A DNA stretch of 64,000 nt from the NCBI GenBank assembly GCA_019314375.1, contig JAFCZJ010000005.1:6910-70909 (forward strand), in the 5' to 3' direction. The stretch's first letter is position 1, and each line of letters begins with the position of its first letter. Below the pieces are notes generated by a model. The model was not told the origin of the DNA and made no database searches. It worked only from the letters and a program-made list of their open reading frames with translations. The DNA comes from Deltaproteobacteria bacterium. Its GTDB lineage: Bacteria > Myxococcota > B64-G9. Shown here piece by piece: positions 44,621 through 55,157 of this stretch. A program made the translations under genes and the position numbers.

Positions 44621-45277
44621 TTGTTGAGAATTGCCCGATGCGCGTTCCTGATGGTCCTTTGGCTGGCCTGCCTTGCGGTGCCGCCGGCGCAGGCCCGATG
44701 CCCAGAACCGCCCGAAACCGATCAAGGTGGACGGAAAGGTCTTGCCCAACGGCTTTTCGCCAAAAAACTGAGGCATGAGATTCATGTCTTCGGGGGGCTT
44801 TACGCCAGCGACTTGATGGGGACGGCACCCTATGCAGGGCTGAGTTACAGTTTTCATCTGAATGAGGATTTTGCTCTGGAAGCCGGCCTGGCTTGGGCCC
44901 ATTTTGCCTCCAGTCTTCAGGGCCCCGTGGAAGATTTCACAGGCTACACCTTGCTGGAAAGCCATCATGCGATGATGTATTCGGGCGCTCTGGTTTGGCA
45001 CCCCATTCACGGCAAGTTCATGCTCTTTCATCGATTCATTCCCCACTTTGACATCTACCTGAGCGCCGGTCTGGGCGTGACCGATAGCCGCAGCGCCAAA
45101 GGTTTGACTTACAATCTGGGTCTTGGCATCAAGATTTTCTCGACCTCCTGGATGTCCGTACGCGTCGATCTCAGGGATCACATTTATGTCCAACAGTTGA
45201 TGGCCTCCGAAACCATCACCAACAACATTTCGGTGACCCTGGGAGCCGGTTTTTGGATTCCATTCGAAAACACCTGA
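44621..45277 (+). CDS. GltA/B-like outer membrane beta-barrel
   Basis: WHPIHGK, HFDIYLSAGLG, GLGIKIF, RVDLRDH; GAGGAG RBS before TTG. Confidence 0.8.
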   Translation: MLRIARCAFLMVLWLACLAVPPAQARCPEPPETDQGGRKGLAQRLFAKKLRHEIHVFGGLYASDLMGTAPYAGLSYSFHLNEDFALEAGLAWAHFASSLQGPVEDFTGYTLLESHHAMMYSGALVWHPIHGKFMLFHRFIPHFDIYLSAGLGVTDSRSAKGLTYNLGLGIKIFSTSWMSVRVDLRDHIYVQQLMASETITNNISVTLGAGFWIPFENT

Positions 45278-46593
45278 GCTGGGTTTGGCTCTTATTCTTC
45301 TGTGCCGGACTGCTGCAAGGCGCTTGCACGGCTGAGCGCACCGCGGCGCGCGAGGTCCTGGCCGATCCGCTCATGCGCTTTGGCCCGGCACGGGCCATCG
45401 ATGCGCCGAACGCCCCCCCGGTCAGGGATGACTCAAGCTTGCCGGTGGACACGGTTCGCGCCTCGGTGGACATGAGCATGGAACCAGGCAGCGATGTGCA
45501 GGCGACTCACCTTGTGAGCGGGATAAGAACCGCCGTGGGCATCTGGGCGGGCTTGGGCTTAGAGGCCGGCTACGGCACCGACTTGGACAAGCTCAAGGTC
45601 TTCAAACGAGACGGTGTGGCGGATCCGCTTCCTTTGGATCGTCTGTCCCACGGACCGGACGCAGCCATCGTCTACGATGACGGCACCAGTGTTTTGCGCT
45701 TGGGATATCGCTATCGCCACGCCTGGGACGGCGACCTGCATGAGCCCTCCATCCGCGCCCGGACCGCCGTCTTGAGACGAGATACCGTGATCGAGGTCGA
45801 CTATCGCCACAAGCGTCAGGCTCTGCAAGTGGGCTCCGGGCATCACCCCGCTGAAGAGGCCGTGGATGCTAAAGCCCAATCGGATGCATTCTCCTTGGCC
45901 CTGGAGCAGGGCTGGGTCCCTGGCTGGAACCTGCGTTTGGAAGTGCTCGGCCGGGTCGAGTCGGGCTTCTTGCAAGACCCTTATCGCCTGGTGTCTCTTT
46001 GGAGTCATCGGGCCGAAGACCTGCTCGATGGGCCGGCCGACACGCCTCGCTCGGAGGCCGAACGGCATCCTGGCGAACGTGTTCGTTGGGCTTCCATGCT
46101 GCGTTTGCGCAAAGCCATCCCCGCATGGGGCAGCGTGCTCGAACTGGGCATCGGCAGGGGATCGGGCTCCTGGCGGGTTGAACAAAGTCGGGCCCTGATC
46201 GGCTGGTCACAAAGGATGGGAAACCATGTTCGCCTGGGACTGACCGGCGGGGCCTACCACCAAACCCGGGCGTCGTTTTACCGTGACGACTATCCGGCGG
46301 GTCCCCCAGGTGCCTACTGGAGCGCGGACCGAAGCCTGAGTTCTTACTGGGCCTGGTGGTCGAGCCTGGAACTCTGTCTGGGTTGGTTGGCCGGTGACGG
46401 GCGATTGATGGGCATGTTCAAGTACATCGATTTGCGCTTGGCCGGTCGCTTGCTGCGGGCGGATTACAATTTCGAGGGTCTGGATTCGGCCAACGGCTTT
46501 ACGGATTATGCCGATGAGGACTTCACCGACCGGCAGGTTTTCGACGGCGCTTGGGTTTTTGGCGGCTTGTTTGTTTTCGAAGCTGGTTTTTGA
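45253..46593 (+). CDS. Outer membrane beta-barrel, DUF3570-like
   Basis: GFLQDPYR, ERHPGERVR, YWSADRSLS, C-terminal F; start uncertain. Confidence 0.6.
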   Translation: MDSIRKHLSWVWLLFFCAGLLQGACTAERTAAREVLADPLMRFGPARAIDAPNAPPVRDDSSLPVDTVRASVDMSMEPGSDVQATHLVSGIRTAVGIWAGLGLEAGYGTDLDKLKVFKRDGVADPLPLDRLSHGPDAAIVYDDGTSVLRLGYRYRHAWDGDLHEPSIRARTAVLRRDTVIEVDYRHKRQALQVGSGHHPAEEAVDAKAQSDAFSLALEQGWVPGWNLRLEVLGRVESGFLQDPYRLVSLWSHRAEDLLDGPADTPRSEAERHPGERVRWASMLRLRKAIPAWGSVLELGIGRGSGSWRVEQSRALIGWSQRMGNHVRLGLTGGAYHQTRASFYRDDYPAGPPGAYWSADRSLSSYWAWWSSLELCLGWLAGDGRLMGMFKYIDLRLAGRLLRADYNFEGLDSANGFTDYADEDFTDRQVFDGAWVFGGLFVFEAGF

Positions 46594-47399
46594 TGAAGCG
46601 AGAGGGACACATGAAAAGGAAAGCTGGAAGCTGCCTTCCCAGATCTCCTACCTCAGCAGCCCGGGCTTCCAGATGTGCCTGTAATGCAAGGAGGAGCAGT
46701 AGATTCGGCCGGAGGCGTGGTCTCTCCACGTCGAGGACCGAATCTGCTGATTCGACGAAGCAGTACAGGTGCAGCTGGGAGATCCGGGGCCTTGCGGTCC
46801 TGTTGGCGCTATCCCTTTGCACGACGGCCACGGCGGGACCAAAAGACGGGGAAAAGACAGAATCGCCGACGGTCGCGGAGAAAAAGCCCATACAGCCCCT
46901 GGATCCCAAAGCCCTTCGCGAATTGGGTTTGGAGCACAGCCGCAGCCGGGATGCCCTGCTCGCGGCCGAGGCTCGACTGAGCCTTTTGGCCGAAAAACTC
47001 TTCGACAGTCGGCTGGAGGTGGTTTATCGGGGCGAGTTGGATTCTCCTTTCTCTCTGGCGCGGGTTGAGCTCTGGTTGGATGGCGGCTTGGCCTATCGCA
47101 AGGATTTCTCCAAAGCGCCAAGCGTTCAGATGCTCAAACTTTTTGACGGGTATTTGCCCCCAGGTTCTCATCTCTTGGAAGTGAAAGTCTTCGCGCATGG
47201 ACCGAAGGCCGCCAAGTCCGACCTGCCCGGTTACGTGGCCGGCAGCGGCCTGGTGGTTTTGCTTAAGGAAAAAACACAGGGCAGTTTGGTTTTCGAGGCC
47301 GAACAAGATGGAGAACCGGCCGAAGCTTCGGATGCGGAACCCGAAGCCAGTTGGGACGTGGAAATCGAAGCGCGGTTTGAGACCCAGGCAAAGGAGTGA
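46593..47399 (+). CDS. Exported hypothetical protein (coiled coil plus beta-sandwich)
   Basis: TGATG overlap with the upstream gene; hydrophobic signal GLAVLLALSLCTTATA lies after a palindrome-encoded segment; LFDGYLPPGSHLLEV. Confidence 0.6.
   Translation: MKREGHMKRKAGSCLPRSPTSAARASRCACNARRSSRFGRRRGLSTSRTESADSTKQYRCSWEIRGLAVLLALSLCTTATAGPKDGEKTESPTVAEKKPIQPLDPKALRELGLEHSRSRDALLAAEARLSLLAEKLFDSRLEVVYRGELDSPFSLARVELWLDGGLAYRKDFSKAPSVQMLKLFDGYLPPGSHLLEVKVFAHGPKAAKSDLPGYVAGSGLVVLLKEKTQGSLVFEAEQDGEPAEASDAEPEASWDVEIEARFETQAKE
46660..46787. repeat. Long imperfect palindromic element
   Basis: Nested arms TTCCAGATGTGCCTGTAATGC/GCAGTACAGGTGCAGCTGGGA, AGTAGATTCGG/CCGAATCTGCT and GGCGTGG/CCACGTC. Confidence 0.8.
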
Positions 47400-47409
47400 C
47401 GCGGAAAAG

Positions 47410-49269
47410 ATGAAGATTGGAAGATACAGCTTCTTGCTGATCGTGGCGCTGCTCTTGGATTACGGCGTGGCCGGTGCCCAGATGCCTACTTTCGGCTCCG
47501 CCGAGGCACAGCTTCGCGCCTGGTTGCTGCGCCAGCAAAGCGGCAAACAGCCAGCGACGCCCAAAGAGTTAGGCACCATTCTGCAGTCGCTTGAAATTGT
47601 CCGACTTGACGGAGGAGACAGGTCCGCGGCCGTCCGCTTCGGCGCTTTGGTGCTGGACCCCGCTTTTCAGAAACTGGCTGGGACGCCGGATTTTGATGCG
47701 GTTCGTTTTCATCTTGCGGCTTCCCTGGCCCGGCAAGGGGCCATGGGGCAGGCCCGGGAAATCTTGCTGGGCCTTTTGGCCGCCAAGCCGGCCTCTTCCA
47801 TGCGCGCGCCTGCTTGGCGAAAGCTTTCCGACATCAGCCTGGCAAGCGGGCAATTGGATGCCAGCCTGGGTGCCCTGGCTCGACTGGGAAGTCTCAACGA
47901 GCCGGATGCAATCAGCGAAGTGGCTTATCTCAAGGGCAAGGCTCTGGCCTTGATGGGCCATACTGATGCCGCCCTGAGCGCGCTCAAGGTGGTGGAGCGA
48001 AACAGCAGACGATTTGCCCAGGCGGTTTTCCTGACCGGCGCGCTCAAACTGGAATCCGGCCAGGCAGAGGCTGCCGAGGACGCTTTCTGTCGACTGGTGC
48101 ACCAGCCGGGCGATGGACGCTTTACTTTCTATTTTAACGAGATGACCGACGCGGTTTTGCAACAGACCTGGTTGGCCCTGGCCAGAATGCGACATGACGC
48201 CGGTGAATTCGGCCGTGCCTTGGAAACCTACGCACGGGTCCCCGAAGGTGGGTCGGCGGGTCGTCGCGCTCTTTATGAATCGAGTTGGACCTTGTTTCGT
48301 ATGGGCCGCATGCGTGAAGTCAGGCTCCGCCTGCGGCGTTTACTGAGCGGCTCATTGCTTCCTTCGGAATCCCCTTCCGCTCGTCTGTTGTTGGCTTATG
48401 CAAGCTTGGGTGATTGCATGTTCGATGAATCTCGAAGCTTGCTCGACAGACTCGACAAAGACCTGGTTGGGGTTTCAGAAACCGCCGACGACCTCCTGGG
48501 TGCCGGACTAAACGAGCCCTGGCCCTTGCCGAGCAAAGCCCGACATTGGATGCCGCTTGAGGCAAGTCAACGCCGATTGCAGGCCTTGGCCGACAAGATC
48601 CGCGATGCACTGATCCGGAGTCGCTTGGCCCAGGGGGCCTTGGCGAATTTGGCCCAGTCCGAACTGGAAACGTCCGTGCAACTTCCAGGGCAGATCAAAG
48701 CAGCGGCGCTTACCAGGGATCTGGCCAAGGCGCGCTCATTGCAGCAGCGCATCGCAAATCTTCGAGCACAGATCGGTTCGGCCAAGGGCGAGCAAAACAA
48801 ACGTCAGCGATTGATTGAGCTCAGCCGCCAGGTTGACGAGGCCGCCCACCGGGCCCGGCAGGCCTTGAACAAGCTCAGGGGTTTGCAGGTGGGCAGTTTG
48901 CCGACGGGATTCGTCAAAGGCGCCGACCTGCCCGCGGCATATCTGCAGGCGGAGATGACGGCTTTAGCCAAATTGGGGGGAGACCTGGTGAAACAGCTGC
49001 AGCGTGTCCAGTCTCTTGGAAAAGACGACATTCGGCACCGCAGTTTTGAATTGTCCACCAAGGTTAAAGGATGGACCCGCCAGGCTGCCCTGGGGCGCAT
49101 TGACGCAATCTTGGGTGAAAAGCAGGCCCTGGAGCTCGAGGTGCAGAACTTGGCTTTGGGCCGCTATCCCTTGAGCTTGCTTCGCGAGCTTATCGAGGCG
49201 GGGCAATTGGATGCCGATTTGGAGTACTGGCCTTACGACGGAGAAGAGTGGCCGGATGAGTTTGAGTAA
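47410..49269 (+). CDS. GltC-like TPR protein (second cluster)
   Basis: Signal peptide, TPRs, C-terminal EYWPYDGEEWPDE matching the GltC tail of 22471-24069. Confidence 0.75.
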   Translation: MKIGRYSFLLIVALLLDYGVAGAQMPTFGSAEAQLRAWLLRQQSGKQPATPKELGTILQSLEIVRLDGGDRSAAVRFGALVLDPAFQKLAGTPDFDAVRFHLAASLARQGAMGQAREILLGLLAAKPASSMRAPAWRKLSDISLASGQLDASLGALARLGSLNEPDAISEVAYLKGKALALMGHTDAALSALKVVERNSRRFAQAVFLTGALKLESGQAEAAEDAFCRLVHQPGDGRFTFYFNEMTDAVLQQTWLALARMRHDAGEFGRALETYARVPEGGSAGRRALYESSWTLFRMGRMREVRLRLRRLLSGSLLPSESPSARLLLAYASLGDCMFDESRSLLDRLDKDLVGVSETADDLLGAGLNEPWPLPSKARHWMPLEASQRRLQALADKIRDALIRSRLAQGALANLAQSELETSVQLPGQIKAAALTRDLAKARSLQQRIANLRAQIGSAKGEQNKRQRLIELSRQVDEAAHRARQALNKLRGLQVGSLPTGFVKGADLPAAYLQAEMTALAKLGGDLVKQLQRVQSLGKDDIRHRSFELSTKVKGWTRQAALGRIDAILGEKQALELEVQNLALGRYPLSLLRELIEAGQLDADLEYWPYDGEEWPDEFE

Positions 49270-52200
49270 AATACAGCACCTGTTTATGGCTTTTGGGCTC
49301 TTGGCCCTTTGGCTTTGCAGCCAGCCGGCTTTGGCGGCTGAGGCATCAGCCCAGCCCCGCTGTGCTCCTCAGCCTGGGGAGCCCGGCTGGCTTGAGTTCC
49401 AGTTGCAGCGAAAAGAAGGGTCCTTGGCGCAGCGGCGAAACGAAGCCATCCGTTTGCTGAAGCAGTTTTTGGCCGAACACCCCAAGGCCTCCCAGCGAGC
49501 CGATGCCCTCTATCGCCTGGCCGAGCTGAGTTGGGAACAAGCCGAGGCCGATCTTTTGGTCGCCATGCGGGAATACGAACGCAGGCTCGAGGAGTTCAGG
49601 CTCGGTCAACTCAAGAAACGTCCGCCCGAACCGAGTATCCAGCTCGATGCCTCCATTCTTATTTATGAAGAGATGTTGGAAAAGCACCCGAACTTCGATC
49701 GATGCGACATGGTGCTGTATCTTTACGGTTTCGCTTTGAATGAGCAAGGAGACGAAGACACGGCCTTGGCCATCTATCGTTCTTTGCTCAAGCGCTTTCC
49801 GCACAGTACCTTCGCGGCGGACGCCAATCTGGCCATCGCCGAGTTTCACTTCGCAAAGGCCCAGTACAAACCTGCCCTGAAGGCTTATGCCCGTGTTTTG
49901 GCCTTTCCCAAATCGGTGCTTTTGGATCTGGCGCTCTACAAAACGGCCTGGTGTCATTTCAAATTGGGCCGAGCCAAGGATGCCGCCAAATTTTTCAAGC
50001 GGGTATTGGACCGCTCGCGCAAACAGAAAACAGAAGGCAACAAGCAGGCTTCGCCCGGCGGCGATTTGGAACGGGAAGCATTAGAAGATCTGGCTTTGAC
50101 TTTCAGCGAATACGGCGGCGCCAAAGAAGCCTACCTATTTATGAAGCAGGTGGGCGGCGAGCAGTACTCGATCCGGGTTTTGGAAAACCTGGGCGAGGTC
50201 TTTTTTCGCCAGGCCCGATACGACAAGGCCATCGACAGCTATCGCATGTTGGTTCAGCGTTTTCCCTTGGCCAAAGACAGCCCGGGGCACCAGCAACAAA
50301 TCGCTTTGGCCTTTGAAAAGGAAGGCAAGCTGGAAGCCTCTTTGACCGAGCGCAATCGGCTGGCGGACAGCTATGGTCCCGGGTCTTCTTGGGCCAAGCA
50401 TCACGCGGCCAAGCCCGAGGTCCAAAAGATGGGTTTGGGTCTCGCGGAAAACGCCTTGCGTTACGTCGCGATGGCTCGACACAAACAAGCCCAGAAAGGC
50501 ACAAGCGACAAGGCCTACAAGAAGGCGGAGCAAGCCTATCGAAAATACCTGGAGCGATTCGGCAAAACCGAACAAGCACCCCGGATTCACTTTTATCTCG
50601 GCGAAGTTTTGTTCAAGCTCAAGCGATTCGATAAGGCGGCTGAGCATTACAGCAAAGCGGTTCACTCCGGCAAAGAACAAGCGCTGAAACAAGAAGCGGC
50701 TTATGCCGCGATTTTGGCCTGGGACAAACAAAGAGACTTACAGCCCAAGAATGAAAAGCCCCCGGCCAAACCTCAGGACTTGAGTCCGGCTGAACAGGGA
50801 TTTTTGCGCACGGTGAATGAATTCACCAAGCTTGCGCCCGACGATCCCAAGCTTGCCCAACTTCGATTTGAAGTGGGTCGAATCCATCATCTTCGGGGAC
50901 AATTTCCCAGGGCGGCCAAGCATCTTTTGGCTTTGGTTGCGGCCAAGCCCAAGGGCGAATATTCGGAAGCGGCCGCGGACCTGGCCCTGGATTGTTATGC
51001 CAAGGCCGGCCTTTGGACCGATGTAGAACGCGAGGCTCGTCGTTTTGACAAGGAAGGATGGTATCGAGGCAAGGACTTAGGCGGTCTACTCAAGGACATC
51101 ATGGCCGGGGCTATTTTTCAGCATGCCGCGTCGAGGTCCAAAGCGGACGAGCATGGCAAGGCCGCGAAAGAGTACCTGCGCATGGCGCAGGAGTTTCCAA
51201 AAAATGAACGCGCTTCCAAGGCCCTGTACAATGCGGCGGTGGCCCAGGAAAAGGCGGGAGAGAAAGCCCAGGCGGTCAAGCTGTATCAGCGAGTCATCGC
51301 CGAATACCCCACTCGCGCGGCGGATGCCTTGTTCGTCATCGCCGGCATTCATGAACGGCAGTATGACTACCAACAGGCATCGGATAGTTTTGCGAAATTC
51401 AGCAAGCAATTCGACTCGGACAAGCGAGCGCAGGACGCCTTGTTGCAAGCGGCCTTGCTCCTTGGCGCTCTCGGACAATTCGACCGGGAAGCGGCCCTTT
51501 TGCAGGATTTCACCAAACGATTTGCGGCCCATGCCAAAGCGCCAGAAGCCCTATTTCGGGCGGGTTTGGCCCAGGAAAAAGCCAAAAAATTCAAGAAAGC
51601 TGAAAAACTCTTTTTTGTCTATCAACGAAAACATGGTCTCAAGCTGGGGCATGCTCGAGAGGCCGGCCTTCATCTCGGACGCTGTCTTTTGGCGCAAAAA
51701 CGTACGCGCTCGGCAAAAAAGTGGTTTGAACGATGCGGAAAATTCAAAGCCAGGCGCTCGCCTGCCGGCTCGGAGCTTGCCGCCGCTGCTGAATGTCGCT
51801 TCCTCTTGGGTGAGTTGGTTTTTGAGGAATACGAAAAGATTGTTTTGCGACCGCCCATGCGCAGGCTGGCCAAATTGTTGAACCACAAGGCCACCATGCT
51901 GAAGAAAGCGGAGGCCTTATTCGCCAAGGTGGTGGAGGCGGGGCATCCCGAATGGGCCTCGGCGGCTCTTTACCGCATCGGTGACATGTACTCCAAGTTT
52001 GCTCGCGCCATCTACGACGCGCCTTTGCCCAAGGGTTTGAGCGAGCGTGAATTGGAGATCTACCGACAAGAACTACAGACCTTGGCCTTCCCCATCGAAG
52101 ACAAGGCGCTCAACGCTTTCGTCATCAGCCTGGGGGTCGCGCAAAAGCAACGCTACTTCAGCACCTGGAGCAACAAAACCTTGCAGATGTTACGCAAGCT

Positions 52201-52342
52201 GGATCCGGCTCAATACCCGAAAGAAGAAGAGATCCGTCCGGGTACGGGTTGGGCTGACTCTTTCACCCGTTTCCCCCTGAATCTCAAGCGCATCAAGGTG
52301 CCCCAAAAGCCCGCCAAGAAGAAAAAAGGGGGCGCTTCATGA
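49256..52342 (+). CDS. GltD-like large TPR protein (second cluster)
   Basis: ALYRLAELSW, LALYKTAWC, LEREALEDL and PEWASAALYRIG parallel motifs in 18843-22457. Confidence 0.8.
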   Translation: MSLSKIQHLFMAFGLLALWLCSQPALAAEASAQPRCAPQPGEPGWLEFQLQRKEGSLAQRRNEAIRLLKQFLAEHPKASQRADALYRLAELSWEQAEADLLVAMREYERRLEEFRLGQLKKRPPEPSIQLDASILIYEEMLEKHPNFDRCDMVLYLYGFALNEQGDEDTALAIYRSLLKRFPHSTFAADANLAIAEFHFAKAQYKPALKAYARVLAFPKSVLLDLALYKTAWCHFKLGRAKDAAKFFKRVLDRSRKQKTEGNKQASPGGDLEREALEDLALTFSEYGGAKEAYLFMKQVGGEQYSIRVLENLGEVFFRQARYDKAIDSYRMLVQRFPLAKDSPGHQQQIALAFEKEGKLEASLTERNRLADSYGPGSSWAKHHAAKPEVQKMGLGLAENALRYVAMARHKQAQKGTSDKAYKKAEQAYRKYLERFGKTEQAPRIHFYLGEVLFKLKRFDKAAEHYSKAVHSGKEQALKQEAAYAAILAWDKQRDLQPKNEKPPAKPQDLSPAEQGFLRTVNEFTKLAPDDPKLAQLRFEVGRIHHLRGQFPRAAKHLLALVAAKPKGEYSEAAADLALDCYAKAGLWTDVEREARRFDKEGWYRGKDLGGLLKDIMAGAIFQHAASRSKADEHGKAAKEYLRMAQEFPKNERASKALYNAAVAQEKAGEKAQAVKLYQRVIAEYPTRAADALFVIAGIHERQYDYQQASDSFAKFSKQFDSDKRAQDALLQAALLLGALGQFDREAALLQDFTKRFAAHAKAPEALFRAGLAQEKAKKFKKAEKLFFVYQRKHGLKLGHAREAGLHLGRCLLAQKRTRSAKKWFERCGKFKARRSPAGSELAAAAECRFLLGELVFEEYEKIVLRPPMRRLAKLLNHKATMLKKAEALFAKVVEAGHPEWASAALYRIGDMYSKFARAIYDAPLPKGLSERELEIYRQELQTLAFPIEDKALNAFVISLGVAQKQRYFSTWSNKTLQMLRKLDPAQYPKEEEIRPGTGWADSFTRFPLNLKRIKVPQKPAKKKKGGAS

Positions 52343-53472
52343 AGCGAATATCTTGGATGCTTGGTTTCTTGATGCTGCTTTTGTTTGTTGCGGCTTGCAC
52401 CACTACCAAAGCCCCGATCCGCAAAGGGCCTGATCCCCTGATGCAGCGACGCAAGGCTGTCTTGGCATACAACCGAGCGGTCAAGACCCTCGGCTCCAAA
52501 CGTGCGAACTACCACACAGCGGTCCAGGATTTGGAAAAGGCCTTGGCATTGGATCCAAAGTTTTACGAGGCTCATTACAACCTGGGGCTGCTCATGGCTC
52601 GCGGCAACGATCCAAAGCGCTCCGAGCAGGAATACAAAAAGGCCCTGAAGCTCAAACCAGGAGACCGCAAGACCCTCTTCAATCTAACCGAGCTCTTCGT
52701 ATCACTAAAACGCTACGATGCGGCCGTGGAGGTCTTGGAAGCCTTGGTGGAAGACAACCCGGGCGATCAAGAAGCCCGAAACAACCTGGCCGTCATCTAC
52801 CGCCTAAAAGGCGACCACAAGAAAGCCACCGAACAGGCCCGCTACGTGCTCGATCGCAATCCCAAGCAAGTCATGGCCTACAACAATCTGGCCACCATCT
52901 TCAGCGAGCAAGGTCGTCACGAAATGGCTGAGGACTTGTTCCGTCGCGCCCTGGCCTTGGAGCCTGACAACCCCCGAGTGCTGAACAACCTGGGCCTGGC
53001 ACGCCTGAAGCAGGGCAAGGTCCAAGAAGGCTTGGAAATGTTCGAAAAGGCCATCAAGGCCAACCCCCGCCTGACCGAAGCCGGCCTGAACGCCGCGGTC
53101 GTCTTCATGGCCTCCGGCGCTTACAACCGCGCTCGTTTGGCTTATCGCAAGGTAGTCCGCTCCGTCCCCGGATTCTTGCCCGCTTTGGTGGGTCAGGCTG
53201 TGGCGGAACGGGCCATGGGACGCTTCAACCAGGCGGAAAAAGCCTATCAGCAAATCTTAGGCCTCGATGCAGACAACACCGAAAGCCTCTTCAACCTGGG
53301 CTTGCTCTACATGCGCCACAAAGAAAAACCAGCCTGGGCCTGCGAGGCCTTCAAGAAAGCCCTGAACTCCAAAAGAATCAACAAAGAACAAGTCAAACAA
53401 GCCAAGGGTTTCTTAGAAGACCTGCGCTTGAACCACCCAAAAAAATGCGGCAAAGGGAGCAAAAGCCCATGA
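52339..53472 (+). CDS. GltE-like TPR lipoprotein (second cluster)
   Basis: FVAAC lipobox, TPR array, ATGA overlaps on both sides. Confidence 0.8.
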   Translation: MKRISWMLGFLMLLLFVAACTTTKAPIRKGPDPLMQRRKAVLAYNRAVKTLGSKRANYHTAVQDLEKALALDPKFYEAHYNLGLLMARGNDPKRSEQEYKKALKLKPGDRKTLFNLTELFVSLKRYDAAVEVLEALVEDNPGDQEARNNLAVIYRLKGDHKKATEQARYVLDRNPKQVMAYNNLATIFSEQGRHEMAEDLFRRALALEPDNPRVLNNLGLARLKQGKVQEGLEMFEKAIKANPRLTEAGLNAAVVFMASGAYNRARLAYRKVVRSVPGFLPALVGQAVAERAMGRFNQAEKAYQQILGLDADNTESLFNLGLLYMRHKEKPAWACEAFKKALNSKRINKEQVKQAKGFLEDLRLNHPKKCGKGSKSP

Positions 53473-53741
53473 GGTTTATCAGCCGATTGTTGCTAGCCTG
53501 CCTGGTCTTCGCAAGCCTCATCTTCGCCCCCGATTACGCCCAGGCCAAGACCAAAAAGCCAAAGGCAGGCTCCGTCCGAGTCTACCGCTTCGACAACCTG
53601 GACGTAGAGGGCAACGTAAAAACCCCCCAACTCATGTACTTCCTCAAAAGAATCCGCAAACGATTTCGTTCCTTCCGCCTACCCAAACAAAATTTCTCCA
53701 ATAAAATCCTGAAAGCCAAGGAAGAAGCCGACTTTCTCTAG
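53469..53741 (+). CDS. GltF-like small exported protein
   Basis: Signal peptide; VYRFDNLDVEGNVKTPQLMY resembles the GltF IDFSDVTITGELTKP motif. Confidence 0.7.
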   Translation: MRFISRLLLACLVFASLIFAPDYAQAKTKKPKAGSVRVYRFDNLDVEGNVKTPQLMYFLKRIRKRFRSFRLPKQNFSNKILKAKEEADFL

Positions 53742-53836
53742 GCTTGGGCTGATCTACGACTAAGAAAGAATACTTTATCAACGGAAAAGATATCTTTCTT
53801 TGAGGCCAGCCAAGAGAAGCAAAGGGCCTACTCAAA

Positions 53837-53895
53837 GGCACCCCGTTCCCCAACTATTCGCCTGGCACCCCGTTCTAGGGGCACCCCGTTCTAGG
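53837..53895. repeat. Short direct repeats GGCACCCCGTTC(TAGG) x3
   Basis: Copies at 53837, 53864 and 53880, at the edge of the inserted hydrolase gene. Confidence 0.8.
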
Positions 53896-53921
53896 GTTTT
53901 AGGCTCAGATGGTAACCAGGC

Positions 53922-55157
53922 TTAGAAATCGGGGAAGGTTTCCAGCTCTGCAAGGATGGTTTTGGCTAGGGAATAGAGCCCCTGAGTGTTCGCTGTGTTG
54001 GACAGTAACACCACCACGGCAGGGGGATTCAGGGTGAATACCACCTGGCTGCTGAAGCCTGGAACACCCCCGTTCTTGGAGTAGTAAGCCTTGCCTTCGG
54101 GATCCTCGATGTTAATAAGGAGGCCGGTTTTGGCGTCGACCCCGTTGGGGCTGTCTCGGTATGGGGTTATCACCAGGGTCCAGGCCGGGTCTGTTCCGGA
54201 GAGCGCACCCTCGAAGAAGCGCAACACCTCATCTCCTGTGGAACGTAGCATGCCGCCACCATGTAAAGGCTCACCGATGTCCACGGGGGGCGCTTCCGCA
54301 CCGCTGCTGTACCCCATTGCTTTGCGCAGGAGCTGGCTGGTGTCGAGTACAGTAGTAGTGTCAACAAGACCAAAGGGTTCGCAGATCTCACGATGCACCA
54401 GCGCATCGAAAGTGACCTCTCCAGAGGCCGTGACTGCAATGTAGCCCAAGATGCCGGAGCCAAGGTTAGAGTACGCATAGGTCGTTCCAGGCTCGTGTAA
54501 AAGCGTGGCGGTAGAAAGGTACTCTTCAAGCAAGGCCACAGTGTAGTTTCGGGCTGGGTTGATATCCCCAGGGTAAAGCACATTGTCAGGAAAGTTTTCC
54601 AAACCTGAGGTGTGGGTCGCGAGATCCAGCAACGAGATGGAGCGCTGGGTCCCGGTGGGAACGTTCAGACCGAAAGTATCCTCCAGACTGTCGGTGAGCG
54701 CTACCTCATTCCGGTCGATACCCCGGGCCAGGAGGTATCCGGAGTAAACCTTGGTCACTGAGCCGATCTCGTAAATAGAGTCGGCTCCTGGTGGGGTACT
54801 TCCTCTTAGCGTAGTCGCACCGAAGCCGGTCACATATCGAGAGCTAGGCGTAGCCACACCTACCACAAGGCCAATAGCCTTGCCCTGCGAGTAGTCTGGA
54901 TTCACAGAGCTTGCGGTGAGTTCTTGGAGCAGGCAGTGGATCGGTGGACCATCCTGGCATTCTGCGCCACCATCGTGGTCCGCATCCAGTCCGGCATCTT
55001 GCGCAGCATCCAGACCGGCATCTTGCGCAGCATCCAGTCCGGCATCTTGCGCAGCATCCAGTCCGGCATCAAAAGTAGCCGAAGAATCTGAGCACCCGGT
55101 CAGTATCGAGCTCAACACCAACACCATCACCAAAATAGAGAGTATGGGTGTCTTCAT
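53922..55157 (-). CDS. Serine hydrolase, beta-lactamase class C/D-Ala-D-Ala peptidase family lipoprotein
   Basis: LTGC lipobox; SVTK, LATHTSG, YSN and KNG motifs. Confidence 0.9.
   Translation of the reverse strand: MKTPILSILVMVLVLSSILTGCSDSSATFDAGLDAAQDAGLDAAQDAGLDAAQDAGLDADHDGGAECQDGPPIHCLLQELTASSVNPDYSQGKAIGLVVGVATPSSRYVTGFGATTLRGSTPPGADSIYEIGSVTKVYSGYLLARGIDRNEVALTDSLEDTFGLNVPTGTQRSISLLDLATHTSGLENFPDNVLYPGDINPARNYTVALLEEYLSTATLLHEPGTTYAYSNLGSGILGYIAVTASGEVTFDALVHREICEPFGLVDTTTVLDTSQLLRKAMGYSSGAEAPPVDIGEPLHGGGMLRSTGDEVLRFFEGALSGTDPAWTLVITPYRDSPNGVDAKTGLLINIEDPEGKAYYSKNGGVPGFSSQVVFTLNPPAVVVLLSNTANTQGLYSLAKTILAELETFPDF
54982..55070. repeat. 24-nt coding repeat (DAGLDAAQ)
   Basis: GCATCCAG(T/A)CCGGCATCTTGCGCA x about 3.7. 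Confidence 0.85.
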
